A stretch of 64,000 nucleotides of DNA from Ophelia neglecta (taxonomy: Eukaryota), in NCBI GenBank assembly GCA_965285935.1, contig OZ260661.1, positions 125,612,001 through 125,676,000 on the forward strand, read 5' to 3'. This document shows, in pieces, positions 61,261 through 64,000 of the stretch. Numbering within the stretch: position 1 is the first letter of the stretch; every line of letters starts with the position of its first letter. The position numbers were made by a program, and so were the translations under genes. The notes beneath the pieces are model-generated. The model did not search any database. It saw only the letters and a program-made list of their open reading frames with translations, and was not told the origin of the DNA.

Positions 61261-61878
61261 TATGATAGGAAGGCCGTCGATATTACAATTAACCAAGTAG
61301 CGCTCGGATAATCTAGTGGCCTCTCCCTACTATTTTCAATACCTTTTTTTATTTAAATGCGTAGATGGACATGACTTAGACAAACAGTCAGATGGACAAA
61401 CCATTATGACGCGCGCAAAAAAAAAATTACATTTACCATAAGCAAGTATTACGTTCAACTTACATACGTACTTCAATCAATATAAAACATTAAATATAAT
61501 ATCAACATATAAACACGGCTTGGTGAGGTTTTCCTACAAAAGTTATAATACTTCGTGTAGAAACAATACAAAATTAAATTAATATTAATGGTTTCTGTCC
61601 CACGCTTTTGATACACCGATACTAAAACCGCCCGGTACGATCTATATAAGATTCTTGAACATCTATTAAATTCAAGTTTAAGGTTTTATCGTTGGTACCG
61701 GAAAGTGAAGGGACGACCGAGGCGTATATATCATTTGAGTAAACTAAGTCCAAAATGGCGCCCCTGGGGGCCGCAAAGGTGCTACAATGAAAAGTACTTA
61801 ACGACAAGGTGTCTCATAATCCTCACCACAAAGACACAATGGGCTATCAATGCAGTGGTTATTAAAAAAATGACATAT

Positions 61879-62015
61879 TTAAGATATTAATTTAACTTGC
61901 TTACGATTACTTAACTCGAACCATTTGTAGGCATAATTCGCTCCAAACTGGCTTAAGTTTGTCAATAAAATGCTGTGATCGATAGTGTTCAAGGATGTTA
62001 GGTATAGGAAGGCTT
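61879..62015 (-). pseudogene. Decayed L2/CR1-group RT fragment
   Basis: FLYLTSLNTIDHSILLTNLSQFG...YKWF..SNRKQ corresponds to FLD..KAFDTIDH.ILL.KL..YG.....WF.SYL.NR.Q. Confidence 0.6.
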
Positions 62016-64000
62016 CACTCGTGCAGACCTTGAGCAGTAGCTTCGGTTTTAACTGCATTTTATTTCGCGAATATTTCTTATTAATGGAACATTCCCGCCT
62101 CAGATAATTATTATCTTTGGGCAGAGCGGTAAAAATAGAAGTCATGGTCGCACATACTGTTTTCCCCTGACATTATGTGTCGTACGACATTGAACAGGAT
62201 TCCTTTTTGTCCTTAGGGAGCCCTTCCTTCACAATGCCTGTTTTATGTCATGTCCTTAGTATATAACAAGTTAATCCAAGCTTTTTTCTGTATATGAGCT
62301 TCCTTCAGAGTGAACGACATTCATACGACTACCTAGGAAGATGGCGGAGACGGTTTCAATTGGATCCCATTTCTTTAGTTTGACATTAAGAATCCTTCGC
62401 CCACCTTTCCTTCCAGACGCTATTCCGTGGCAGCCAGCTCTTGGTCTTTCCTTAAAATGGCGTAATACTATTTATGTGTCCAGTTTAGGATGAAGGGGAC
62501 TAATATAAGGAGGGGGCAGTATATAATATGTGGCTCATAAGAGGATGGAATAAGTACCCCCCTACCCCCTTTACTAAATTCGTCGTTGCGATTATTTCTC
62601 GTTTAGAAAGATAGTTATCGATTAATACATTCACAATTGAACTTTTGTTCTACTACTAAATGGAAATAGAATCAATAGTTGCACTAGTCTAACAGCAGAC
62701 TCGTGCCTTTTACGTCCTACAGTTTCAATGCCTATGATTAATGAATCGAATTGGCAAAACCACCAAGACTAGGAAGTTTGAATATGATGTTATCGTTATA
62801 GCTCAAGGTTTTGATTAACTATCAGTTGGCTATGATAAAGATCTGTATACATATCATGATGAGAATAGCATAATGGCAGGCAAACACAAATCAATATATA
62901 ATAAAGCATGAGATGTGGCATATTGTAATCTCTTTGGAAATCAAAGACTCGGCTCGGGCGTCCGCAAAGAGCCTCGTTTTATATTATATCATATCTCACA
63001 GTCATATATGGTTTGAGCCCAGGTGTTGGCCTGTGCGATTTACCGCCAAGCGGCCAAAACTCGTACTAAGCGTCTCTGCGAATCTATGTATTAAACATGT
63101 ACAGCGTCGTCTGCAATTCCTACAAATATTTTCATGCTTTTCGTCGAAATTTAAAGGTTTAATTGTCTGCCCTGCACTTTGGCCAAAATAACGGAGGCCC
63201 TGTCTGGAAACTGTTTTGTCTGTGACCCTTTCTATAAGCGCGGTCAAAACTTTTGTGAACACCCAGACCCCAGACCCCCCCCCCCCCGCCCCCAGCTAGG
63301 CGGTCAAAACCTTTATGATCCCCTCCACCACTTCCTAAAAAGCTCAAAGTAATTTAAACGCTCCAGTTCCACCCCCTCTTCGGCTTTAAAATAGAAAAGT
63401 ATTTTTTTCTTGTGCAAATTCCGGTTAGAAGACAACAACAGCGTGATTTAGCATGTGTGTGTTGCCACGGACGACTTGAATGCATGCTCCGGACTTGATA
63501 AAAATATGATGGCTTTTCATGGAGTTCAACGGGAATGGCAAGCATATGCTTTCTTCTTGAAGGATTTCCTACCGTCGTTGGCTGTGTAGACAGCATACTG
63601 GTCAAGATTTTTGCTCAACATGAGAATGAGGCGCAGTATGTTTGCCGCAACATAACCTTATATATTTTAATGTAATATATAAACGTATCGCCAGCAGGGA
63701 GTATAGTGTTTTTATAGACTTTTTCATTTTGAAAGTTCATCAAATTTACAGGCTGGGCTGGTGACATTTCCTCCTTTCACTCTCACTTTACTCTTTCCAT
63801 CAATGCAGTGGGTACCAGCCTGCTCAGCTCTGCTGTAAACAATGATGTGATTTATTGGACTTACCCACTGCCAGGTCAGTAACAACAGTTACCAAGTTAG
63901 CGCTTCCAACAAGCCTGGTCTTGTGACTGACAATGACATTTTGAGTCCTTGAGGCCAACTGGCATACTGAAACGACCAACGAGGCGTGGAGCCACTGGTG

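Noticed and set aside
63951-63970. GGCCAACTGGCATACTG resembling the MITE TIR at 46571
   Set aside because: Short match at the window edge; no partner TIR visible

Overview
AT-rich, intron-containing animal genomic DNA, most likely a marine invertebrate (my inference from the gene and transposon families). Most short ORFs in the track are spurious. Four host genes could be reconstructed by hand from splice signals and reading frames. (1) A single-coding-exon chitin-deacetylase-like protein with a signal peptide and C-terminal TM helix whose metal-binding and catalytic residues are all substituted (10947-12125, +). (2) A 14-coding-exon secreted Reeler + 2xMAM protein with a 12-nt microexon (31274-38701, +). 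(3) A 3-exon secreted head-only C1q protein (44711-43927, -). (4) A 5-exon secreted single discoidin (F5/8C) protein with a 21-nt microexon (57175-54443, -). A fifth gene starts at about 557 on the minus strand and runs off the window. The mobile elements include an intact two-ORF CR1/L2-group LINE and a young Mag-type Ty3/Gypsy element (189-bp LTRs, GGTAG TSD, tRNA-Ser PBS) inserted into the minisatellite of a Harbinger-like MITE. A CCC...GGG EnSpm/CMC-like element carries a nested decayed LINE, and there is an intronic MITE plus several decayed LINE fragments. The strongest candidate novelty is the membrane-anchored, apparently catalytically dead chitin deacetylase, which sits among three other secreted putative glycan/pattern-binding genes.
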